64,000 nucleotides of DNA, taken from Candidatus Multivoradales bacterium. Lineage in GTDB: Bacteria > Acidobacteriota > Thermoanaerobaculia > Multivoradales > J023. Numbering within the stretch: position 1 is the stretch's first letter; each line of letters starts with the position of its first letter. Location: NCBI GenBank assembly GCA_965248925.1, contig CBDFLE010000005.1, positions 192,001 to 256,000 on the forward strand. Direction: 5' to 3'. Both the position numbers and the translations under genes were made by a program. Of the stretch, positions 47,982-56,424 are shown piece by piece. The notes under the pieces are model-generated. The model worked only from the letters and a program-made list of their open reading frames with translations, had not been told where the DNA came from and did not search any database.

Positions 47982-48596
47982 CTAGGCGGCGGTCTCAAGG
48001 GTGGCTTCAACGGCGGTTTCGACGCTACTGCGGCGTCGTAGCAGCCTGCTGGCGACGAAGTAGATCAGGGCCAGAGCGGCGACTAGCGCCACCAACGGTA
48101 CGAACACCGCCAGCAGCGAGAAGAGCACCGAGGCGGCAGCTTCGCCAGTGGATACCAGCGGGTTGCCGAAGCCGCCGGTGGTCAAGGCCGAAGCGTGACG
48201 GGTCAAGCTGGTCATTCCCTGGATGGAAGCTGCCAGACCGCCGCCGCCGATGATCGCCATCGACCAGCCGAGCATCGGATTCAGCTCGCCGACCTGGGAA
48301 GCGGTGGCTACCACTCCGGCGACCACCGCGGCGGGAGTCGCCACGGTGTCCAGGAGATTGTCGATCAGCGGCAAGTAGTAAGCACCGATCTCTAGAGCGG
48401 TGGCGCTAGCCAGGGCGATCAGGGCCGGGGTCGAGCCGATCCACTCGAAGCTGCTAGCCAGCGACAGGTAGCCGGCTTTCGTAGCGATGCTCATCACCAG
48501 CATCGGTACGAAGATCCGAAATCCGCAAGCGGCGCTCAAGCCGAGGCCGACGGCGACGCTGAGCAGGGTTCCCATGAGTTCAGGCTGAGTGTCCAT
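47982..48596 (-). CDS. DUF4126 family membrane protein
   Basis: GLGLSAACGFRIFVP, LEIGAYYLPLIDNLLD, TTGGFGNPLVST.E. Confidence 0.85.
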   Translation of the reverse strand: MDTQPELMGTLLSVAVGLGLSAACGFRIFVPMLVMSIATKAGYLSLASSFEWIGSTPALIALASATALEIGAYYLPLIDNLLDTVATPAAVVAGVVATASQVGELNPMLGWSMAIIGGGGLAASIQGMTSLTRHASALTTGGFGNPLVSTGEAAASVLFSLLAVFVPLVALVAALALIYFVASRLLRRRSSVETAVEATLETAA

Positions 48597-48755
48597 CAAA
48601 AACCTCCTGGACTTGCCGCGGGCCGATACGACCTCGCATATGCCATTATACGCGGCTGGATTCGCTACTATTCGCTCGCCGGAGCATGATTCTTCGCCTC
48701 ACAGTCTGTTGGCAACATCCGTCAATCCCAGCCCTGGACCCGCGGAGACACCGAT

Positions 48756-49301
48756 TTGCGCTTCTTATTGAGAATTTCACGCGCCATCGACCGGCTCAAT
48801 GAGCGCCTCGGCCGGGCGGTGAGCTGGCTGCTGCTGGCGATGGTGCTGATCGGCGCCTACAATGCGGCGGTGCGCTATTTGGGGCGCTTCATGGGCTGGA
48901 ATTTGAGCTCCAACCTCTACCTTGAGTTGCAATGGTATCTGTTTGCCATGGTCTTCTTGCTCGGTGCCTCCTACACCCTGCGCGGTGGTGGGCATGTACG
49001 GGTGGATGTGCTCTACGCTCGATTGTCGCGCCGCGCACAGGCCTGGATCAACATCCTCGGTAGTGTGTTCTTGCTGCTACCGTTCACCGCTTTCACGTTT
49101 TTCTTGTCGCTGCCCTCGGTGCGCAATTCGTGGCGGGTTCTGGAGGGCTCCCCGGATCCGGGAGGCTTGCCGCGGTATCCGATCAAATCGATGCTGCTGG
49201 TGGGGCTCGGGTTGCTCTTCTTGCAGGGCCTGTCGGAACTGTTCAAGGAGGTGGTGGTGCTGCGCGGCCACCCGCTCGGGGACGGGGAGGTTGGCGAGTG
49301 A
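48756..49301 (+). CDS. dctQ: TRAP transporter small permease
   Basis: Four TM helices; ELQWYLF, HVRVDVLY, EGSPDPGGLP. Confidence 0.9.
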   Translation: MRFLLRISRAIDRLNERLGRAVSWLLLAMVLIGAYNAAVRYLGRFMGWNLSSNLYLELQWYLFAMVFLLGASYTLRGGGHVRVDVLYARLSRRAQAWINILGSVFLLLPFTAFTFFLSLPSVRNSWRVLEGSPDPGGLPRYPIKSMLLVGLGLLFLQGLSELFKEVVVLRGHPLGDGEVGE

Positions 49302-50617
49302 GTGGCGAGTGGCTCGGTCCCTTGATGTTCCTCTGTGTTCTGCTGCTGATCTTCAGCGGCTATCCGGTGGCCTTTGCTCTGGGTGGCACGGCTTTGCTCT
49401 TCGCCGCCCTCGGGGTGGCGGCGGGGTTCTTCGATTGGGCACTTATGTTCGCCTTGCCGGAGCGGATTTTCGGCATCATGGCCAATCAGGTGTTATTGGC
49501 GGTGCCATTTTTCATTTTCATGGGCACCCTGCTCGAGAAAGCCAAGTTGGCGGAGGATTTGCTAACCACCATCGGCAAACTCTTTGGACCGTTACGTGGT
49601 GGTTTGGCTTTGGCGGTGGTGGTGGTGGGGGCGCTTCTGGCCGCCGCTACCGGCGTGGTGGGTGCTTCGGTGGTGGCCATGGGAGTGATTTCGCTGCCGG
49701 TAATGCTGCGCTATGGGTACTCGACCGAACTGGCCACCGGCGTGGTCACTGCAGCTGGCACTTTGGGGCAGATCATTCCGCCCTCGGTGGTCTTGGTGGT
49801 GCTGGCTGATCAGCTCGGCATCAGCGTTGGTGATCTCTTTGTCGGCTCGCTGTTGCCGGGTCTGATGCTAACCGGGATGTATTGTCTGTATGTGCTGGGG
49901 GTAGCGATCTTTCGGCCGCAGGCGGCGCCGGCGTTGCCGGCGGCGGTAAGGACCGACAGCGCCCCGCAATTGGCTCGGCAGGTAGTCTTGGTGATGGTGC
50001 CGCCGCTGTGCTTGATCTTGGTGGTGCTGGGATCGATCTTCGCCGGCATTGCCACCCCCACCGAGGCCGGTGCCCTGGGAGCGGTAGGGGCCATGCTGTT
50101 GGCGGCTTGCCATCGGCGGCTCAACCTCAAGGCGCTGCGGGCGTCCCTTGACGCGACCACAAAGCTGACCTCGATGGTGATGGTTTTGCTCATCGGTTCG
50201 ACGGCATTTGCGCTGGTGTTCCGCGGTCTCGAGGGTGACTTGTGGATCGAGGGCCTGCTAACCGATCTGCCGGGAGGGGCGGTGGGCTTGCTGGTGGTGG
50301 CCAATCTGGCGATCTTCGTGCTTGGTTTCTTTATCGATTTCTTCGAGATCGCCTTTATCGTTGTTCCCTTGGTGGCTCCGGCAGCCTCGCTGCTGGGCAT
50401 CGACATGGTGTGGTTCGGGGTGATGATCGGCCTCAACTTGCAGACCTCGTTCCTGACCCCGCCCTTCGGCTTCGCGCTGTTCTATTTGCGTGGGGTGGCG
50501 CCGCCAGGGGTTACCACCGGCCAGATCTACCGCGGCGTGCTGCCGTTTATCGCCATCCAGCTGCTGGCGTTGGTTTTGCTGATTCTGTTCCCGGGACTGG
50601 TGCGGGCGCTGTTGTAG
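49298..50617 (+). CDS. dctM: TRAP transporter large permease
   Basis: GYPVAF, LLAVPFFIFMG, GTLGQIIPPS, GIATPTEA, TSFLTPPFG; GTGA overlap with dctQ. Confidence 0.92.
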   Translation: MSGEWLGPLMFLCVLLLIFSGYPVAFALGGTALLFAALGVAAGFFDWALMFALPERIFGIMANQVLLAVPFFIFMGTLLEKAKLAEDLLTTIGKLFGPLRGGLALAVVVVGALLAAATGVVGASVVAMGVISLPVMLRYGYSTELATGVVTAAGTLGQIIPPSVVLVVLADQLGISVGDLFVGSLLPGLMLTGMYCLYVLGVAIFRPQAAPALPAAVRTDSAPQLARQVVLVMVPPLCLILVVLGSIFAGIATPTEAGALGAVGAMLLAACHRRLNLKALRASLDATTKLTSMVMVLLIGSTAFALVFRGLEGDLWIEGLLTDLPGGAVGLLVVANLAIFVLGFFIDFFEIAFIVVPLVAPAASLLGIDMVWFGVMIGLNLQTSFLTPPFGFALFYLRGVAPPGVTTGQIYRGVLPFIAIQLLALVLLILFPGLVRALL

Positions 50618-50632
50618 GCCGGGGCTGCCGCC

Positions 50633-50728
50633 GGTCTACCCTCCTCGCGTGCCTTGCGGTGGGTCTACTGCCCTCGCCGTGCCCTGGCCAGGGTCTATGT
50701 ACGGGCGCACGGCGTGTGCCCGTACATA
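50633..50728. repeat. REP-like palindrome preceded by degenerate ~30-bp repeats
   Basis: TATGTACGGGCGCAC-GGC-GTGTGCCCGTACATA (50696-50728); GGTCTAY at 50633, 50662 and 50692. Confidence 0.55.
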
Positions 50729-50742
50729 AGTGTACGCGGCGG

Positions 50743-51603
50743 TCAAGCGCGCTGGATGATCTCGATGTCAGTGGCCTGCAAGCCGTCGCCGCGCTCGGAG
50801 GGGCCAACTTCGAATTCGAAGACGTAATCGCGATTTGGTAGATTCGCCGGTCGCACGTCGCTGGGCAGCAGAGAAGCGTGGAAGAACGCCGTTTCGAAAG
50901 GTGATTCCGGATGCCGCGCGTCGGTGAACCACAAGCCAGGAGCGATCTTGGTGAGAAAGCGCATGTAGCCGAAACCACGTTCGGACTCGTACCAGTAGCA
51001 CCAACCGCGGACCCGCGAGCCCTCTTCACCCCAGATCGGTCGCTGGGTGTTGGGGGGCGGCGTGACAGTGCCGCTGCGCAACATGGGGATCATGTTGGGA
51101 ATGCAGAAGCCGGAGAAGAACATATCGGCCTCACTCTGCAAGGTGCGCGAGCTGTTGTTAAGGCCAACGATCTCGACCCGCAGCCCCTTGTTTTGGAGCG
51201 CTCTGATGACGTTGGCGAAGTCGCCGTCGCCGGTGGCGATCAGCACCTTGTCGAGGTTTTCCGACTGCAGCAGTGCGTCGACTGCCAGGTCAAGATCGGC
51301 GTCAGCCTTGCCGTAGTGGTTGCCAGCTTCGTCGCGATACCAGTTGATTTCCTTGACCACCACTCTGTAGCCGTAGTCCCGGAGCTTGGAGTGGAAGCTG
51401 GTGGCGCCGTCACGGTAGGTGTGATCGCGCTTGGCGCGCTCTGCGTCGAAGGTCACGTAGGCGTTGAGTCGTAAGGGATCTGCCTGATCACGACAGGCAA
51501 ACTCTCGTAGCACGTCGTACTGCAAACGCTGACCGCCGTTGCGGTACATATTGGCGACATCGGCGTAGACCCCGACCTTCGATCTCGACTTGGGAATAGT
51601 CAT
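50743..51603 (-). CDS. NYN (LabA/DUF88) domain protein with C-terminal cold-shock-like OB domain
   Basis: YADVANM, KADADLDLAVD, ATGDGDF, GLRVE, AD.F; C-terminal RGWCYWY..ERGFGY...FFHAS. Confidence 0.85.
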   Translation of the reverse strand: MTIPKSRSKVGVYADVANMYRNGGQRLQYDVLREFACRDQADPLRLNAYVTFDAERAKRDHTYRDGATSFHSKLRDYGYRVVVKEINWYRDEAGNHYGKADADLDLAVDALLQSENLDKVLIATGDGDFANVIRALQNKGLRVEIVGLNNSSRTLQSEADMFFSGFCIPNMIPMLRSGTVTPPPNTQRPIWGEEGSRVRGWCYWYESERGFGYMRFLTKIAPGLWFTDARHPESPFETAFFHASLLPSDVRPANLPNRDYVFEFEVGPSERGDGLQATDIEIIQRA

Positions 51604-51835
51604 CTTTCTTTCTCCAGATTTCTAGTCGTCGATCACCCGCGAAGCCCGAGCCCCGAGCTGTGTACCGCGAGGATCCACGACACCCCGACCACCGGCCGGA
51701 GTAAAGCGACTTAGAAATTAATCGCAGAGTAAATGTCCGACCTCTCTAGCTGGCCGGATCGCGAAGTATAGACGGCGGAGGAGCCAGGGTCACCCGAGTT
51801 CACGACACTTTCTCTGGAGCATTCCACATGTTCTC

Positions 51836-52951
51836 TCAGATGGTTGAAAAAGCAAATTCAGAATAGGCCAATTCGGCGGTGGCAAACCACTGGTATGCCT
51901 CCTTTCGTACTTTGCTCCAGGCCTCGTAGACCTTGCGATAGCTGGCGTCCGCCGCCGCCTGATCGGCGAGCATTTCCAAAGAGGTACGGCGGGCCGCCTC
52001 TAGTAGATCGTTGGAGAAGCGGCGTATCTTCACCCCATCGGCGATCAAGCGGCCGAGGGCCGCCGGGTTGAGCTGGTCGTAGCGCGCCTGCATGGTAACC
52101 GCCGACTCGCTGGCCGCGCTGATGAAGATGTCGCGAAAAATCGCTGGCAGCTGGTCCCAGGCACGACGATTCACCAAGTAAGACAGGGAGGGGCCTGGCT
52201 CCCACCAACCTGGGTAGTAGTAGTTGCGCGCTACCTTGTGGAAGCCGAGCTTCTCGTCGTCATAGGGCCCAACCCATTCGGTGGCATCAATCGCCCCGCG
52301 CTCGAGAGCGGGGAAGATCTCACCGCCGGGTAGCACCTGCACCGTCGCGCCGAGCCGGTTCATTACTTCGCCGCCGAGTCCGGGGATGCGTATCTTGAGG
52401 CCGCGCAGGTCGGTGGCTCTGTCGACTGGTTGTTTGAACCAACCGCCCATCTGGGCGCCGGTATTACCGGCCGGAAAATTGATGATGCCGAAATCGGCAA
52501 AGAGCTGCTGCATCAGCTCAAGGCCGCCTCCCTGGCTCAGCCAGGCCGTCTGCTGGCGGGAAGTCAAGCCGAAGGGTACACAGCAATCAAAGGCCAGTGC
52601 CGGATTCTTACCGGTGAAGTAGTAGCTCGCCGTATGCCCGATCTGTACCGTGTTCTGCTGCACGGCGTCCATCACTTGCAGGCCGGGCACCAGCTCACCT
52701 GCGGGATGAACGCGAATACGAAAATCCCCGTCTGACAGAGCCTCGACCCGTTGCGCCAGAACTTCAGCGGCGCCGAAGATGGTGTCCAGGGCGCGGGGAA
52801 AGCTCGACGCCAGCCGCCACCTCACCGCGGTGCGAGTGTGAACCTCCGGAGCGCCATCCTGAGAGCCGCCGCTATCGCTGGCGCAAGCGCCAGCTAGGCC
52901 GGCCCCGGCCGCCCCGAGCAGAGCCCGGGAGAGGAAATCTCTACGTTGCAT
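51836..52951 (-). CDS. dctP: TRAP transporter substrate-binding protein (TakP-like), Tat lipoprotein
   Basis: MQRRDFL twin-Arg and LAGAC lipobox; WRLASSFP, GNTGAQMGGWF, IRIPGLGG, EWVGPYDD, YYYPGWWE. Confidence 0.92.
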   Translation of the reverse strand: MQRRDFLSRALLGAAGAGLAGACASDSGGSQDGAPEVHTRTAVRWRLASSFPRALDTIFGAAEVLAQRVEALSDGDFRIRVHPAGELVPGLQVMDAVQQNTVQIGHTASYYFTGKNPALAFDCCVPFGLTSRQQTAWLSQGGGLELMQQLFADFGIINFPAGNTGAQMGGWFKQPVDRATDLRGLKIRIPGLGGEVMNRLGATVQVLPGGEIFPALERGAIDATEWVGPYDDEKLGFHKVARNYYYPGWWEPGPSLSYLVNRRAWDQLPAIFRDIFISAASESAVTMQARYDQLNPAALGRLIADGVKIRRFSNDLLEAARRTSLEMLADQAAADASYRKVYEAWSKVRKEAYQWFATAELAYSEFAFSTI

Positions 52952-53116
52952 TGCCTGCCCCTCTGGCCGCCCACCGCGGGTCTCGCGCAGCTGCTCTAAC
53001 TGGCTGCCCTCGGCCAGCGGAGAGTCGATGAGTGGGTGAAAGAAAGTCCAGCTGAAGTGTAGCACCGCGCCGTGGGCACCCTTGCAGAGCGCTAGTTCTA
53101 GCCTCTGGGCCGCGGG

Positions 53117-53656
53117 CTACTTGCGGCGGCGCATGCGCTGCATCACCGATCGCTGGTCGGAGTAACCAGAGCGGAGGCGCCGAAAATCATTGTCGCTGAA
53201 GCCCAGCTCTTCGGAAATCATGCGGATCTGAGCTTCTTCGACCCCGGAGATCGATCCGTCTGCGGCACCGACTGCAAACAGACAATCGAGCAACTGCTCT
53301 CGCTGTTCGCGATCGGCAAGGTTGGCGAACTGCCGCGTTACCTGATAGTTCTCGGTGCCGCCCATCAGCCGATTCTGCGCTTTGGCAATCTCCACCACCA
53401 TCACCGCCTGCTCTTCCGGCAGGCCGCCGAGGCCGCTGACGATTTGCTCCATCTCGAGGCTTTCTTGCTCGCTGATGTCGAGATCGGCGTTGGCCACTCG
53501 ACCGAGGATGTAGGCGAAAGCAGCGATGAAACGCGCTTGTTGCGGCTCCAGCGCATCAAGTTGGCGGACGATCTTGCGCACCGTGGCGGTGTCAGCCTGA
53601 TGATCGGCAGTGGAGTCGCCACGGCCGAGGCCGAGGAAATCGAGTAGAGACTTCAT
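53117..53656 (-). CDS. TerB-like family protein
   Basis: RVANADLDISEQE and LFAVGAADGSISGVEEAQIR motifs. Confidence 0.8.
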   Translation of the reverse strand: MKSLLDFLGLGRGDSTADHQADTATVRKIVRQLDALEPQQARFIAAFAYILGRVANADLDISEQESLEMEQIVSGLGGLPEEQAVMVVEIAKAQNRLMGGTENYQVTRQFANLADREQREQLLDCLFAVGAADGSISGVEEAQIRMISEELGFSDNDFRRLRSGYSDQRSVMQRMRRRK

Positions 53657-53724
53657 CGGCCGCTGAGGACAATCCGGCAATCGGGGTGGGCGGTAGCCGG
53701 CTTTAGGAGCGGCGCGACGGGCAC

Positions 53725-54273
53725 TTACCCTGCCTGCGAGATGGGATTGAGGATCATGATCATCTGCCGCCCTTCGAGGCGACTGCGATGCTCGACAACT
53801 GCGATGTCGGTGGTGCGCTCGGTGACCTGGTCGAGGATGGCGACGCCGAGTTCCGGTCGACGCAGCTGCCTATAGCGGAAAAAGACGGTGATTTTGACCT
53901 TCTTGCCTTTCTTCAGGAAGCGAATTCCACGCTGTAGCTTGATCTCGAAGTCGTGCTGGTCGATGGTCGGCCGGAATTTAACTTCCTTGACCTCGATCGT
54001 CACGGCCTTCTTCTTCGACTCGCGAGCTTTCTTGTCGCGCTCGAACTTGACTTTGCCCCAGTCCATGATCTTGCACACCGGCGGATCTGCGGTGGCGCCG
54101 ACCTCGACCAGATCCAAACCCTGGTCTCGGGCACGAGTCTTGGCGTCCTCTAGCGCCACGATGCCGAGCTGGGTGCCGTCGTGGTCGATCAGGCGAACCG
54201 GGCTCTTGCGGATCTGATTGTTGGTTCTGGGCCCGGCTTGGACTCGAGGTCCGAAATACCTTGGTCTACGAAT
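53725..54273 (-). CDS. infC: Translation initiation factor IF-3 (non-canonical ATT start)
   Basis: SD AAGGAGG, 5 nt, ATT at 54273; NNQIR..PVRLID..G.QLG, LDLVEV, PPVCKIMDWGK, KEVKFRP; the ORF track misses the N-terminus. Confidence 0.93.
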   Translation of the reverse strand: MRRPRYFGPRVQAGPRTNNQIRKSPVRLIDHDGTQLGIVALEDAKTRARDQGLDLVEVGATADPPVCKIMDWGKVKFERDKKARESKKKAVTIEVKEVKFRPTIDQHDFEIKLQRGIRFLKKGKKVKITVFFRYRQLRRPELGVAILDQVTERTTDIAVVEHRSRLEGRQMIMILNPISQAG

Positions 54274-54587
54274 TACTTCCTCCTTGGGCTTAACGCCACT
54301 TCGGTCTGCTGTGGGAGCGGGCGATCCGCTCTAGTTGCTCGGTATCCATACCAGCAACAAAACCGGCAGGGAAACGGCGCGGCCGATCATACTACCAACG
54401 GCCCTCTGACGTGCCACTGTTAGGCACAGCTTTTTGGACTCTATTCTGAGCGCTCCTCCCGCTCTCTCCGGGTCAGAGGTTGGGTCGCCCAGTGCTTTCG
54501 GTTGTAGAGCACTCGCCGGTGCGGGCTCTCGCAGTCAGCCGTATCTCGGTGCCGTAGCCAGCGTCAGGTTGAGATAGGCTTCGCACC

Positions 54588-56375
54588 ATGTTCGACATCG
54601 TACTGGTCTGCACCATCATTGTTGCCGCCTTCGCCCTCTTCGCCTCCGAGAAGATGCGGGTCGATCTGGTGGCGCTATTAATCCTCGCCTCTTTGGCCCT
54701 GATCGGGCAACTGCGACCCGGCTTCCTGTCGGTCGAGGAAGCCATTTCCGGGTTTAGCGACAAGGCGACGGTCACCATCGGCGCGATGTTCATTCTCAGC
54801 AGTGCGCTGACCAAGACTGGGGCGCTCGGCTGGATCAGTCGCAAGATGTCGGAGCTCGCCCATGGCAGCGAACTTCGACTGACGATCATTCTGATGACCA
54901 TCGTCGGGGTCGCTTCGGCCTTCATCAATAACGCCGCGGCGGTGGCGATCTTCCTGCCGATCACCGTCTCCCTGGCTAAGGACAATGGCATCAGCCCCTC
55001 GAAGCTCCTGATGCCCCTCTCCTTTGCCTCTATCGCTGGTGGCACCTGCACCTTGCTCGGCACTTCGACCAACATCCTGGTGAGCTCGCTTGCCGCCAGT
55101 CGCGGCCAGCCCGAGTTCTCGATGTTTGAGATGACCAAGCTCGGCGTCGTCTTCTTGGTCGTCGGTTTGGCCTACCTGGCACTGATCGGCCGCAAGTTGC
55201 TGCCTGATCGCGACGCCAGCAGCCTGACCCGCAAATACAAGCTGGCCCGTTATTTGACCGGACTGGTTGTTCTGGACGATTCCAAACTGATCGGCAAGAG
55301 CCTCTCAGATGTGAAGCTCGGCGAACTTTACGATGTCACGGTGCTTGAGATCATCCGTGGAGAGAAGCGCATCTGGTCGGGTTTGGGGACCGCCAGGCTC
55401 CAGGTCGGCGACCATTTGCTGGTGCGCGGTGCTCTGGACGGCATCCTTGAGATGAAAAGAGTGGAAAGCGTCGCCATTCGCTCGGAGGTCAAGTACGCGG
55501 ACCAGGCACTGACCTCCGAGGACACGGTGTTGATCGAGGGCATCGTCTCGCCTTCCTCGTCCCTGGTCGGTCAGAGCCTCAAGGAAGCCAACTTCCGCCA
55601 CCGTAGCGGTGTCTTTGCGTTGGCTATCCGCAAGCACGGCGAGACCATCAGGGATCTTGTTGGCAAGATCACCCTCGAGATCGGCGACACTCTGCTGCTC
55701 CAGGGCCGGCGCGGCTCGGTCGAGCATCTGGCGGACAAACCCTATTCGCTGGTTCTGCAGCAGCTTGAGCTGCCGGAAATGAGCACCAGAAAGGCCATCT
55801 ATGCCGGTTCGATTATTGCCGCGGTGGTGGTTCTCGCGGCCACCGGAGCCTTGCCGATTCTGGTGGCGGCGATCTTGGGCTGCGTCATGGTGGTGCTGAC
55901 TCGCTGCATCTCTTTGCAGGACGCCTACGACTCCATCGACTGGTTCGTGATATTTCTGCTGGCAGGAATGATTCCTCTCGGACTCGCCATGGAGAACACG
56001 GGCGCCGCGGCGGTCATAGCTTCGGGCATTCTCGATCTCACCAGCTCTTGGGGGCCAACGATTTTACTGTCGGCCTTCTATCTGCTGACCACCCTCTTCT
56101 CATCAGTCATGTCGCACAACGCCGCGGCGGTCGTCCTTGTGCCCATCGGCATGGCCACGGCACAGGAGCTGGGTCTGGATCCGCGACCCTTCCTGATTGC
56201 GATCACTTTTGCCGCCTCCTCTTCCCTGGCAACCCCCTTCGGTTATCACACCAATCTGATGGTCTATGCTCCGGGCGGCTACCGCTTTTCTGACTACCTG
56301 AAAGTCGGGATCCCGCTCAATCTTCTGTTCTGGCTGATCGCCTCGATCCTGATTCCGATCTTCTGGCCCCTGTAG
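54588..56375 (+). CDS. SLC13 family permease with two TrkA-C (RCK_C) domains
   Basis: SAFINN, PSKLLMPLSFASIAGGTCTLLGTSTN, central soluble domains, TPFGYHTNLMVYAPGGY. Confidence 0.92.
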   Translation: MFDIVLVCTIIVAAFALFASEKMRVDLVALLILASLALIGQLRPGFLSVEEAISGFSDKATVTIGAMFILSSALTKTGALGWISRKMSELAHGSELRLTIILMTIVGVASAFINNAAAVAIFLPITVSLAKDNGISPSKLLMPLSFASIAGGTCTLLGTSTNILVSSLAASRGQPEFSMFEMTKLGVVFLVVGLAYLALIGRKLLPDRDASSLTRKYKLARYLTGLVVLDDSKLIGKSLSDVKLGELYDVTVLEIIRGEKRIWSGLGTARLQVGDHLLVRGALDGILEMKRVESVAIRSEVKYADQALTSEDTVLIEGIVSPSSSLVGQSLKEANFRHRSGVFALAIRKHGETIRDLVGKITLEIGDTLLLQGRRGSVEHLADKPYSLVLQQLELPEMSTRKAIYAGSIIAAVVVLAATGALPILVAAILGCVMVVLTRCISLQDAYDSIDWFVIFLLAGMIPLGLAMENTGAAAVIASGILDLTSSWGPTILLSAFYLLTTLFSSVMSHNAAAVVLVPIGMATAQELGLDPRPFLIAITFAASSSLATPFGYHTNLMVYAPGGYRFSDYLKVGIPLNLLFWLIASILIPIFWPL

Positions 56376-56424
56376 CAGCGACCCAAGGCGGTCGCTTGAG
56401 CCAGGACAACGCCTGGGCTTCGCC

